DNA of 64,000 bases, taken from Candidatus Saccharimonadota bacterium. Lineage in GTDB: Bacteria > Patescibacteriota > Saccharimonadia > Saccharimonadales > JACDBH01. Each line of letters opens with the position of its first letter. Within the stretch, counting starts at the first letter, position 1. The notes beneath the pieces were generated by a model. That model worked only from the letters and a program-made list of their open reading frames with translations, did not search any database and was not told the DNA's origin. Below are positions 1-7,321 of the stretch, piece after piece. The translations under genes were made by a program, and so were the position numbers. The stretch is from assembly GCA_028289135.1 (NCBI GenBank), contig JAQGGW010000004.1, positions 758-64,757 on the forward strand, read 5' to 3'.

Positions 1-37
1 TATTGTACTCTTTGTTCTCAGTTTTGCTATATATCTC

Positions 38-460
38 TTAGGATCTGCCTCCGACAAGTATTGCTATAACTAATAATAAGAAAAGTACCACGGCAATTGT
101 ACTCGCGGTCTCTCCTGCAAGAAAACGATTGCCAATCTTTAAGTACTTGCCGGAGTAGTTAAGTTTTCCGCCTCTTACATTCTGGTAGCCATACTTTTTC
201 ATGTACTGAAGTGTTCTCTGTAGTTCAAGCCTATCAGCATCATCCTTAGTGATAGTCCCAATATCAATAATCTCAACTGCCTTAATAGGCTTGTACTTCT
301 TAGCCCACTGGGAACTATAGAAGCCGTTCATATGTTCTTTGATTCTATCCTGCGGGTCTTTTTTGGAAGTTATGCCGATGTAGTATTTATTTTGCTCTAG
401 TAACAATACGTATAACCAATAGTGTTTGTTTATTTCGCTGGATCCATTCATTGGATCCAT
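38..460 (-). CDS. GIY-YIG nuclease family protein with C-terminal hydrophobic helix
   Basis: WLYVL...YYIGIT...RIKEH...E...NVRGG pattern. Start reassigned to ATG at 460 because the longer ORF (793) runs through the tRNA-Gln. Confidence 0.75.
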   Translation of the reverse strand: MDPMNGSSEINKHYWLYVLLLEQNKYYIGITSKKDPQDRIKEHMNGFYSSQWAKKYKPIKAVEIIDIGTITKDDADRLELQRTLQYMKKYGYQNVRGGKLNYSGKYLKIGNRFLAGETASTIAVVLFLLLVIAILVGGRS

Positions 461-471
461 AATAACAGAAT

Positions 472-490
472 CTGGGGGTGAGGGATTCGA
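472..490 (-). repeat. 19-bp direct repeat of the tRNA-Gln 3' end (att-like)
   Basis: CTGGGGGTGAGGGATTCGA occurs at 472-490 and at 633-651 (inside the tRNA). Confidence 0.85.
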
Positions 491-590
491 CCTTGCCGGA
501 AAATCAAAATTAGATTTTCCAAGGCAACCCGTGCGGGCTTTGGGCGGCCAGAGTCCACAGGACTCTGTCGTTCGAATCCTACAGCTGCAG

Positions 591-634
591 AGCCATGAAA
601 ATAGCCCACCTTTAGGTGAGCTATTTTCATGGCT
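591..634. terminator. Hairpin immediately downstream of tRNA-Gln
   Basis: AGCCATGAAAATAGC...GCTATTTTCATGGCT perfect 15-bp stem. Confidence 0.6.
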
Positions 635-704
635 GGGGGTGAGGGATTCGAACCCCCGAATGCTAGTACCAAAAACTAGTGTCTTACCACTTGACGAACC
701 CCCA
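630..704 (-). tRNA. tRNA-Gln(TTG)
   Basis: Reverse complement TGGGGGT...CTAGT-TT-TTG-GT-ACTAG...GGTTCGAATCC...ACCCCCA-G-CCA; cloverleaf, encoded CCA. Confidence 0.95.
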
Positions 705-837
705 GTATTGTTCAAACAAAAATCATTAGACCATTGGATTATACCTGTTAAACATGAATTTTTAAAGGGGTAAGAGGGTAGTCGGTTAAACATGTCGGCT
801 TAATAGTTTAAGCATTATCAAGTATTATAAGACTTGA

Positions 838-1692
838 ATGTTTAAAAAATACTACCAGTTAACCAAGCCTGGGATAATTTACGGCAATATTTTAACGGCT
901 ACAGCTGGATTTTTACTGGCTTCTCGCCACCATATTGACGTGCTTTTGCTTCTGGAAACACTGGCGGGGACATCGCTCATCATCGGTTCGGGCTGCGTAT
1001 TTAATAACTACATGGACCGCGGCATTGACGCAAAGATGGCTCGCACCAAAAAGCGGGCTTTGGTCCAAGAAACCATTCCGGTCGCAAACGCTCTTTTGTT
1101 CGGCAGCATTATTGGGCTAATTGGTTTCTGTATACTGAGCGTTTTCACCAGCACATTGGTATTTTACATCGGCCTGATTGGGTTCATAGACTACGTAGTC
1201 CTTTATGGCTACTTTAAGCGCCGTTCGGTCCACGGCACGCTTGTAGGCAGCATATCGGGCGCCACACCGATCTTAGCCGGCTACTGCGCCGCAAGAGGGC
1301 ATTTTGACAGCGGGGCAGCGATTGTATTTTTAATCATGGCCGTCTGGCAAATGCCGCATTTTTACGGGATTGCGATGTACCGTTTCAAGGATTACAAAGC
1401 CGCTGGAATCCCGGTTTTGCCAGTTGCCAAAAACATGCGAGCCGCCAAGCTGCAAACCCTTGTCTACATCATAGGTTTTATAGTCGCCTGTGCCTTGCTG
1501 ACGCTTTATAGCTACACCGGCTATATATTCTTGGGCGTCATGGTCATCGTGAGCCTTATGTGGTTTATAAAAGGGATACGGCTATACAACATAAAAGAAG
1601 ACAGTCTCTGGGGCCGCAAAATGTTTTTGTTTTCGCTCATCGTAGTGATGACGCTATCGGCAATGCTTTCTGTTGGCGCCCGCCTGCCTTAA
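838..1692 (+). CDS. cyoE: Protoheme IX farnesyltransferase (heme o synthase)
   Basis: LTKPGI, NNYMDRGIDAKMARTKKR and WQMPHFY motifs; multi-pass membrane protein. Confidence 0.93.
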   Translation: MFKKYYQLTKPGIIYGNILTATAGFLLASRHHIDVLLLLETLAGTSLIIGSGCVFNNYMDRGIDAKMARTKKRALVQETIPVANALLFGSIIGLIGFCILSVFTSTLVFYIGLIGFIDYVVLYGYFKRRSVHGTLVGSISGATPILAGYCAARGHFDSGAAIVFLIMAVWQMPHFYGIAMYRFKDYKAAGIPVLPVAKNMRAAKLQTLVYIIGFIVACALLTLYSYTGYIFLGVMVIVSLMWFIKGIRLYNIKEDSLWGRKMFLFSLIVVMTLSAMLSVGARLP

Positions 1693-1709
1693 GCGCTATA
1701 CTTATATAT

Positions 1710-1967
1710 ATGACATTAATCATCCACCTCATCTGCGCGCTCGCGAGCATTATCATCACCAGCCTGACCGTTCTTAGGCCATCAAAGCGCAGGCTAAACA
1801 TGTCCTCGGCCTCTGTATCTGCCACACTTGCCACTGGCACTTATTTGGTCGTCTCGACACATTCCAACTTGCTTAGCTCATGTATGTCCGGCCTATTTTA
1901 CCTAGCGTTTACCGGAGCAGGCATTTTTGCTGCCAGCCACCGCCTCGCCCGCGTCACCAACGATTAG
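1710..1967 (+). CDS. Small membrane protein (85 aa, about 3 TM)
   Basis: ATG at 1710 follows TATACT; hydrophobic helices. The longer start at 1560 overlaps cyoE. Confidence 0.7.
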   Translation: MTLIIHLICALASIIITSLTVLRPSKRRLNMSSASVSATLATGTYLVVSTHSNLLSSCMSGLFYLAFTGAGIFAASHRLARVTND

Positions 1968-2001
1968 TTAAGTCGTATGCGATATGCGGATACTTTTTAA
2001 G

Positions 2002-2532
2002 CTATCTGAGTTTATGACGACCCCCGCGCGTTACAATAACTCCACGTTCACCTACAGCTTTTAGGCTTACTTCTGCCAGAGAAAAGTTACGCTTTGTTTT
2101 CCAGAGAGTCAACATTGCGACGCCGGTAGTATCCGCTCCCCAAACGTCAATGTCTGGGTTAGATTTACGAATCACATCTTCCCCAGTTGCAACTGATGCA
2201 AGTGTCCAAATAAGATTAGCCTTTGCCGAAGTCAAAGGAATACCAGGAGGTGCAAGCTTCGGATCTACGTCTTTTCTATATGCATCAAAAACCTTGCATA
2301 AGTAGCCGAGAGGGCGTGATAAGTCTTTGTAATACTCTGTAAAATGCTCTAAATGAGACGGGTTTACTCCAACAGAACTAACACGCTGGTCAAAGTAGCC
2401 CGAAAAGTTATCATGGCTTAAACCAATTTGCGCAATAACTGTACTATGAAGATCAACTAGCATTTGCGATGCCGCATCTCTGTCATATACCGGAAGCTCA
2501 CTCATGACCTTAAATTTATCACATAACTGCAT
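2002..2532 (-). CDS. Hypothetical protein (AT-richer orphan)
   Basis: 176-aa ORF filling the gap; no recognisable motif; start may be the second Met. Confidence 0.6.
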   Translation of the reverse strand: MQLCDKFKVMSELPVYDRDAASQMLVDLHSTVIAQIGLSHDNFSGYFDQRVSSVGVNPSHLEHFTEYYKDLSRPLGYLCKVFDAYRKDVDPKLAPPGIPLTSAKANLIWTLASVATGEDVIRKSNPDIDVWGADTTGVAMLTLWKTKRNFSLAEVSLKAVGERGVIVTRGGRHKLR

Positions 2533-2565
2533 TATATGGTGAGCTACTGAAAATATCTTGAACTT

Positions 2566-4221
2566 CTAAAAATGATCTCTAACGTGGGAGAAGCTGTAGT
2601 CCCAAGTAGCGTTGGCCTTTTTGTGCGGGTTAAAGATGTGGTTTGGGTCAAAAATAACTTTGGTTTTTTTAAACAGCTCAACAATTTCTTTGCCGTACAT
2701 TTCTTCTAGCCATGGGCCGCGGACCAAGCCGTCGTTGTGCTCGCCGCTTAAGGAGCCCTTATACTTCAAAACCAGTTCATTAACTTCGCGCATGCTTGGC
2801 TGCAGCTTTTCGCGCTCGTCTTTTTCTTCTAGTTTCATGAGGGGGATAATGTGGAAATTGCCATCGCCCATGTGGCCGGCAATCGTCGCGAGCAATTTAT
2901 ATTTCTTGATAATAACGCGGAGCTCTGGCAAAAACTGAGGCAAATATTCGGGGTTGATCACAAAGTCGTCAATGTATGGCGCGGTATGTTTGTCCTTGAC
3001 CTTGCTCCGGAGCAACTGGAAGCTTGAGCGGCGCATAATCTGGAATTTGCGCTGTTTTTGCTCGGTGTCGTCGTTTTCAAACAAACATTCATGTTTAAAC
3101 TCTTTCATGTCGGCGCGCAAGGCACTGACTTTTTGGCTAACTTCTTCAGGGGTGGCACCGGTAAACTCAGCCAGCAGAACCATCTTGGGAATACCGCGGA
3201 AAAGCAGCAGCGCGTCGGGAATAAGCTGGAAGGCAAGCTTAATGGTCTCTTTCCAGCCGATTAATTTGTGAAAAGAGAAAAACAGCTTAATGCTTAAAAT
3301 CAGCGTGTAGTTATCAAAGCCCTCAAATGTTGCCGGCTTGTGCGTCATGACTTTATTAATTAGGCTTCCAAGGTCATCTGTACTTTTAAGAAAAATAACC
3401 AAGCTGCCTGAGTGCGGGGTCGACGGCACCAAACGGAAGTTAATATCGGTCGTAAACCCAAGCGTGCCCTGGGCGCCGATGATAATCTGAGTCATGTCAA
3501 AAATGCCGGTTTCGCGGTCCCAAACATCCCACAATTTATAGCCGGTGGAGTTTTTACTCACGTGCGGTTTGGCGGCCTTGATTTTGTCATAATTTGCTTC
3601 AATCAGTTTGTAAAGTTCCTTATACAAATTTCCCTCGTAGTCATTTTGGGCGATTTTTGCGTCCAGGCCGGCTTTATTAAGCGGCTTGACGCTATATTCG
3701 TTGCCATCAGCAAACACCACTTTTAGCTCATTTACAAACTTCTCGGTCTTGCCAAATTCCAAAGACTTTTCGCCGCCAGAGTTGTTGTTAACCATACCGC
3801 CAACCGTACAGAGGTCACGTGAAGCCGGGAAGGGAGGCAGCAGAGCGTGCTGCTTCAGTGTTTCGACTTCAAAATCTCGGTAAAACACACCAGGTTGAAC
3901 CTGGGCGGATTGTGATGAAACAGAGGTGATTTTAGTAAAGTGCTTATTAAAGTCGGCAATGATTGAGTCGTTGATGGCACCACCAGACATATCGGTCCCT
4001 GCGCTGCGGGCAGTTACGCTCAAATTTGGGCTGTTGGCGCGCTCTGCATTAATAGTTTTTATAAGTACTTTAACATCGTCAGTGTCAGTAGGGGAGACAA
4101 TCAACTCTGGGCGAAGTTCAAACAACGAAGCGTCGTGGCTATAAAAATCCTTGGCCGTTGCCGAGTCATCTGTTTCACCTTTAAAACCAGCCGCTTTAAG
4201 CGCAGCAGTAAAATTATCCAT
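2566..4221 (-). CDS. FAD-binding oxidoreductase (GlcD/D-lactate dehydrogenase-like)
   Basis: RSAGTDMSGGA, TVGGMVNNNSGG, GAQGTLG, GHMGDGNFH, SGEHNDGL and FNPHK motifs. Confidence 0.88.
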   Translation of the reverse strand: MDNFTAALKAAGFKGETDDSATAKDFYSHDASLFELRPELIVSPTDTDDVKVLIKTINAERANSPNLSVTARSAGTDMSGGAINDSIIADFNKHFTKITSVSSQSAQVQPGVFYRDFEVETLKQHALLPPFPASRDLCTVGGMVNNNSGGEKSLEFGKTEKFVNELKVVFADGNEYSVKPLNKAGLDAKIAQNDYEGNLYKELYKLIEANYDKIKAAKPHVSKNSTGYKLWDVWDRETGIFDMTQIIIGAQGTLGFTTDINFRLVPSTPHSGSLVIFLKSTDDLGSLINKVMTHKPATFEGFDNYTLILSIKLFFSFHKLIGWKETIKLAFQLIPDALLLFRGIPKMVLLAEFTGATPEEVSQKVSALRADMKEFKHECLFENDDTEQKQRKFQIMRRSSFQLLRSKVKDKHTAPYIDDFVINPEYLPQFLPELRVIIKKYKLLATIAGHMGDGNFHIIPLMKLEEKDEREKLQPSMREVNELVLKYKGSLSGEHNDGLVRGPWLEEMYGKEIVELFKKTKVIFDPNHIFNPHKKANATWDYSFSHVRDHF

Positions 4222-4401
4222 TACCCTTAAGCTTACCTGTAATTAACCCTTTAAGCAAGATTTAAGATTGAGTAAAGCAATACTCAAAACCTCGAGGAAA
4301 TGAATCTTAGGAGAAAGATCTGGCTATGCCAGTCTTTTTCACGAATGGAATGAACTGTAACCCTGCTAGCAAAGACTTCTAATAAAGTTGCGTTTTATCT
4401 T

Positions 4402-4431
4402 GGGGTCCCCGCCAAACCTGTTTGGTGGGGT
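4402..4431 (+). repeat. REP-like short hairpin (GGGTCCCC family)
   Basis: GGGGTCCCCGCCAAAC-CT-GTTTGGTGGGGT; related copy on the minus strand near 46034-46062. Confidence 0.45.
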
Positions 4432-4474
4432 AATTCTTATGCTTTTTGGTTAATATTTTGTATACTTAAGATTA

Positions 4475-5668
4475 ATGAAGCAAAAACATGTACTCATAGT
4501 GGGCGGCGGCTTTGGCGGCGTCAAGGCAGCGCTTGACCTGGCGGCGCACGAAGAACACTTTAAAATTACCCTTTTATCCGACACAGACGCGTTTAGCTAC
4601 CACCCAACGCTCTACCACACGGCCACTGGCGGCAGCCGCGAAGTCTCAGACATTCCGCTGAAAGAAATCCTGGGCAATAAAAACGTCGAGATAATTTTGG
4701 GGCACGCGGACAAGCTAAACCGCGAAAACAAGACCATCCACACCGAAGATGGCCAAAAACTCAGCTATGACATTTTAATTTTGGCGCTTGGTGCCGTTAC
4801 CAACTACTTTGGTATTAAGGGCATGCAGGAATATTCCTACGGTATTAAATCAATCCAGGAAGCCGAAGAACTAAAAGCGCACCTCCACAAACAACTGATC
4901 GAAGACAAAAAGCCTGACCTAAACTACATCATCATCGGCGGCGGACCAACCGGCGTTGAACTTGCTGGCGCGCTGCCAGGTTACGTAAAGAGGATTATGG
5001 CCCAACATGGATTGCCGGACACCAAGCTCCACATTGACCTTGTAGAAGCCGCTCCGCATCTAATGCCTCGAATGCCAAAGTCTGTGTCTAAAGCCTTTGA
5101 GCGCCAACTGCGTTCACTTGGCATCAAGCTCTACCTCGGCACCCCCGTCCAGGCCGAAACCGCCAACACCATCCTCATGAACGGCAAATACGTCCGCAGC
5201 CACACCGTTGTCTGGACGGCCGGCATTGCCAACAACCCATTTTTTGAAGCCAACGGTTTTATTGTCGCCAAAAACCACAAAGTCCAGGTCGACAAACTGA
5301 TGCAGGCTTGGCCGGGCATTTTTGTCATTGGTGACAATGCCGACACGCAGTACAGCGGCATGGCGCAGACAGCACTCTATGACGCCCATTTTGTAGCCGA
5401 AAACCTAATCCGCCACGCCGCAGGCGAGCGCCCATATGCCTACAAGCCTAAAAAACCGATTTATGTAACACCTGCCGGGCCGCACTGGGCATCGGTTGTC
5501 TGGGGACCGGTACACCTTTATGGCTGGTTGGGCTGGGCAATGCGCCAAGCCGCCGACTGGATTGGCTATAAAGACCTTGAGCCATGGTGGCGCGCTACTG
5601 AGCTGCTGCTGGCCGGAGCCGACCACGAAGACAACTGCCCAATCTGTGCCGCAAACGCCGCCAAATAA
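4475..5668 (+). CDS. ndh: Type II NADH dehydrogenase-like flavoprotein
   Basis: Two Rossmann motifs (IVGGGFGG, IIGGGPTGVELAG), WTAG, FVIGD. Confidence 0.85.
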   Translation: MKQKHVLIVGGGFGGVKAALDLAAHEEHFKITLLSDTDAFSYHPTLYHTATGGSREVSDIPLKEILGNKNVEIILGHADKLNRENKTIHTEDGQKLSYDILILALGAVTNYFGIKGMQEYSYGIKSIQEAEELKAHLHKQLIEDKKPDLNYIIIGGGPTGVELAGALPGYVKRIMAQHGLPDTKLHIDLVEAAPHLMPRMPKSVSKAFERQLRSLGIKLYLGTPVQAETANTILMNGKYVRSHTVVWTAGIANNPFFEANGFIVAKNHKVQVDKLMQAWPGIFVIGDNADTQYSGMAQTALYDAHFVAENLIRHAAGERPYAYKPKKPIYVTPAGPHWASVVWGPVHLYGWLGWAMRQAADWIGYKDLEPWWRATELLLAGADHEDNCPICAANAAK

Positions 5669-5678
5669 ACTGGCTTCC

Positions 5679-5718
5679 ATTAAAAACCGGCGCTTTTTGT
5701 TAAGCACCGGTTTTTAAT
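5679..5718. terminator. Bidirectional intrinsic terminator
   Basis: TAAAAACCGGCGC...GCACCGGTTTTTA between convergent genes. Confidence 0.8.
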
Positions 5719-5731
5719 TTACTAAACTAAA

Positions 5732-6244
5732 CTATTCGGTCTTTGCGGCCTTGGGGCCAACAAACTTTTCGCGTACCTGGAAAATCAGATAAAAGCCAAT
5801 TGCCGAGCCAATTAGTGACGACAAGAAACTGCTGACTCCGCGTCCATTAATAAGCAAAGTAATCACGCTATAAACCACGTTGAGAAGTGATCCTAAAAAG
5901 ATCAAATCCCAGCCAGTTTTTTGGCGTTTGGCGAGTTTGGGGTAGGCCATCAGCAATATTACCGCGTCAACAATCAGCAATATGATGCCAAGGGCAATAA
6001 ATAGTTTGTCTGTCCCGCTGATTCCAATGTTGGTATTTACTACTGTTCCATAGATTGTAACAATACTGTTGGCAACATGCACAAGGCGCCATAAGGCCAG
6101 TGCTGCAACCAGCTGAAGAATGCCAAAAACCAATGCCAACCAAGGCCAGATTTTTACTAAAGTTTCTTTTGTTTTATCTGATAATTTTGGCGCGTTTTTA
6201 TACCAGCCGCCAATTACGGTTTCTGCTTTTTTGACTAACTCCAT
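5732..6244 (-). CDS. Hypothetical 4-TM membrane protein
   Basis: 170 aa, four hydrophobic helices, GAGGAG Shine-Dalgarno upstream. Confidence 0.8.
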   Translation of the reverse strand: MELVKKAETVIGGWYKNAPKLSDKTKETLVKIWPWLALVFGILQLVAALALWRLVHVANSIVTIYGTVVNTNIGISGTDKLFIALGIILLIVDAVILLMAYPKLAKRQKTGWDLIFLGSLLNVVYSVITLLINGRGVSSFLSSLIGSAIGFYLIFQVREKFVGPKAAKTE

Positions 6245-6312
6245 CTAGGAACTCCTCGTTAATAATTACTCTCAATATAGCGCTTAATTCTGAGAATAAG
6301 CAAGTTGGTTTT

Positions 6313-7299
6313 TTACAAGATGAACATCGCATCGCCAAAAGAATAGAAGCGGTAGTTTTCTTTAACAGCATGCTCGTAGATCTTATGCAATTCTTCCACC
6401 GAACCTAAAAAGGCGCTCACCAGCATCAGCAGTGTACTTTTTGGCAAATGAAAATTAGTAATCAGCGAGGCGACAGCTTTAAATTCATAGCCGGGCGTAA
6501 TGAATATGGCTGTGGAGCCTTCTTCTTCGGCAAATGGCCGCTGTGCGCTCTCTAGAACCCGTACAGTCGTCGTACCGACCGCAACCGTGTGTATGGCGGC
6601 ATTCAGCTTGGCCGCGACCTCTGATGTAACAGAGTAGTGTTCTTCGTGCATAATGTGGTCTTTGATCTCATCTGTTTTTACAGGGGCGAAGGTGCCCATC
6701 CCAACGTGCAGGGTAACCTCGGCAAAGTCGTGGGTTTTTTTAATATTTGTTAAAAGCTCAGGGGTAAAGTGGAGCCCGGCAGTGGGCGCTGCCTTGCTGC
6801 CAAGCGGATCGGCATAGACGGTTTGGTATTCTTCGGCCAAAGACTCGTCCTGGGCAATGTAGGGTGGTAGAGGTGTTAGGCGGTGCGGGTCAAAACTTTG
6901 GTCGTCTAGCGTGCGGTCAAGACGGATGGTGCGGATGCCGTCTTCGGCAATGGCGTCAACCGTAAACTTAAAACCTTCAATAATCACTTCGCCAAGGCCG
7001 AATTTTCTGCCAGGGCGAACAAGCGCCGTAATGGTGGTTGGGTTAATGGTTTCCAGCACAAATATCTCTACTTTACCAAACTGCATGCGGCATTTTTCGA
7101 CACGGCTGTTATTTACAACCAGTGTTGATTTGGCAGGCAAATATTTTTCTAGATTGTAAAAATAGTCATCGGTAATTGTCTTGGTTTTGCGGTCATATAC
7201 TAGCAGCCGGGCATGGTCGCGCGGGCTAGCCGGCGTCTGGGCAATCAGGCGCTCAGGCAGCTCAAAATCAAAGTCTCTCAAAGTATAATTCTTAGGCAT
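6313..7299 (-). CDS. queA: S-adenosylmethionine:tRNA ribosyltransferase-isomerase
   Basis: DFDFELPERLIAQ, PLPPYI, AAPTAGLHF, VTLHVG, TNFHLPKSTLL, YRFYSFGDAM. Start reassigned to MPKNY at 7299. Confidence 0.95.
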   Translation of the reverse strand: MPKNYTLRDFDFELPERLIAQTPASPRDHARLLVYDRKTKTITDDYFYNLEKYLPAKSTLVVNNSRVEKCRMQFGKVEIFVLETINPTTITALVRPGRKFGLGEVIIEGFKFTVDAIAEDGIRTIRLDRTLDDQSFDPHRLTPLPPYIAQDESLAEEYQTVYADPLGSKAAPTAGLHFTPELLTNIKKTHDFAEVTLHVGMGTFAPVKTDEIKDHIMHEEHYSVTSEVAAKLNAAIHTVAVGTTTVRVLESAQRPFAEEEGSTAIFITPGYEFKAVASLITNFHLPKSTLLMLVSAFLGSVEELHKIYEHAVKENYRFYSFGDAMFIL

Positions 7300-7321
7300 A
7301 ACAGAGTAGAATATACAGTAC
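7300..7321. promoter_or_regulatory. 22-bp bidirectional leaderless promoter (overlapping -10 boxes)
   Basis: TAGAAT at 7307-7312 (+) and TATTCT at 7308-7313 (-), 9 and 8 nt from the two ATGs. Confidence 0.55.

Noticed and set aside
461..793. N-terminal 111 aa of ORF 38..793, and ORFs 426..773 and 448..672
   Set aside because: They run through tRNA-Gln and the hairpin cassette; chance open frames.
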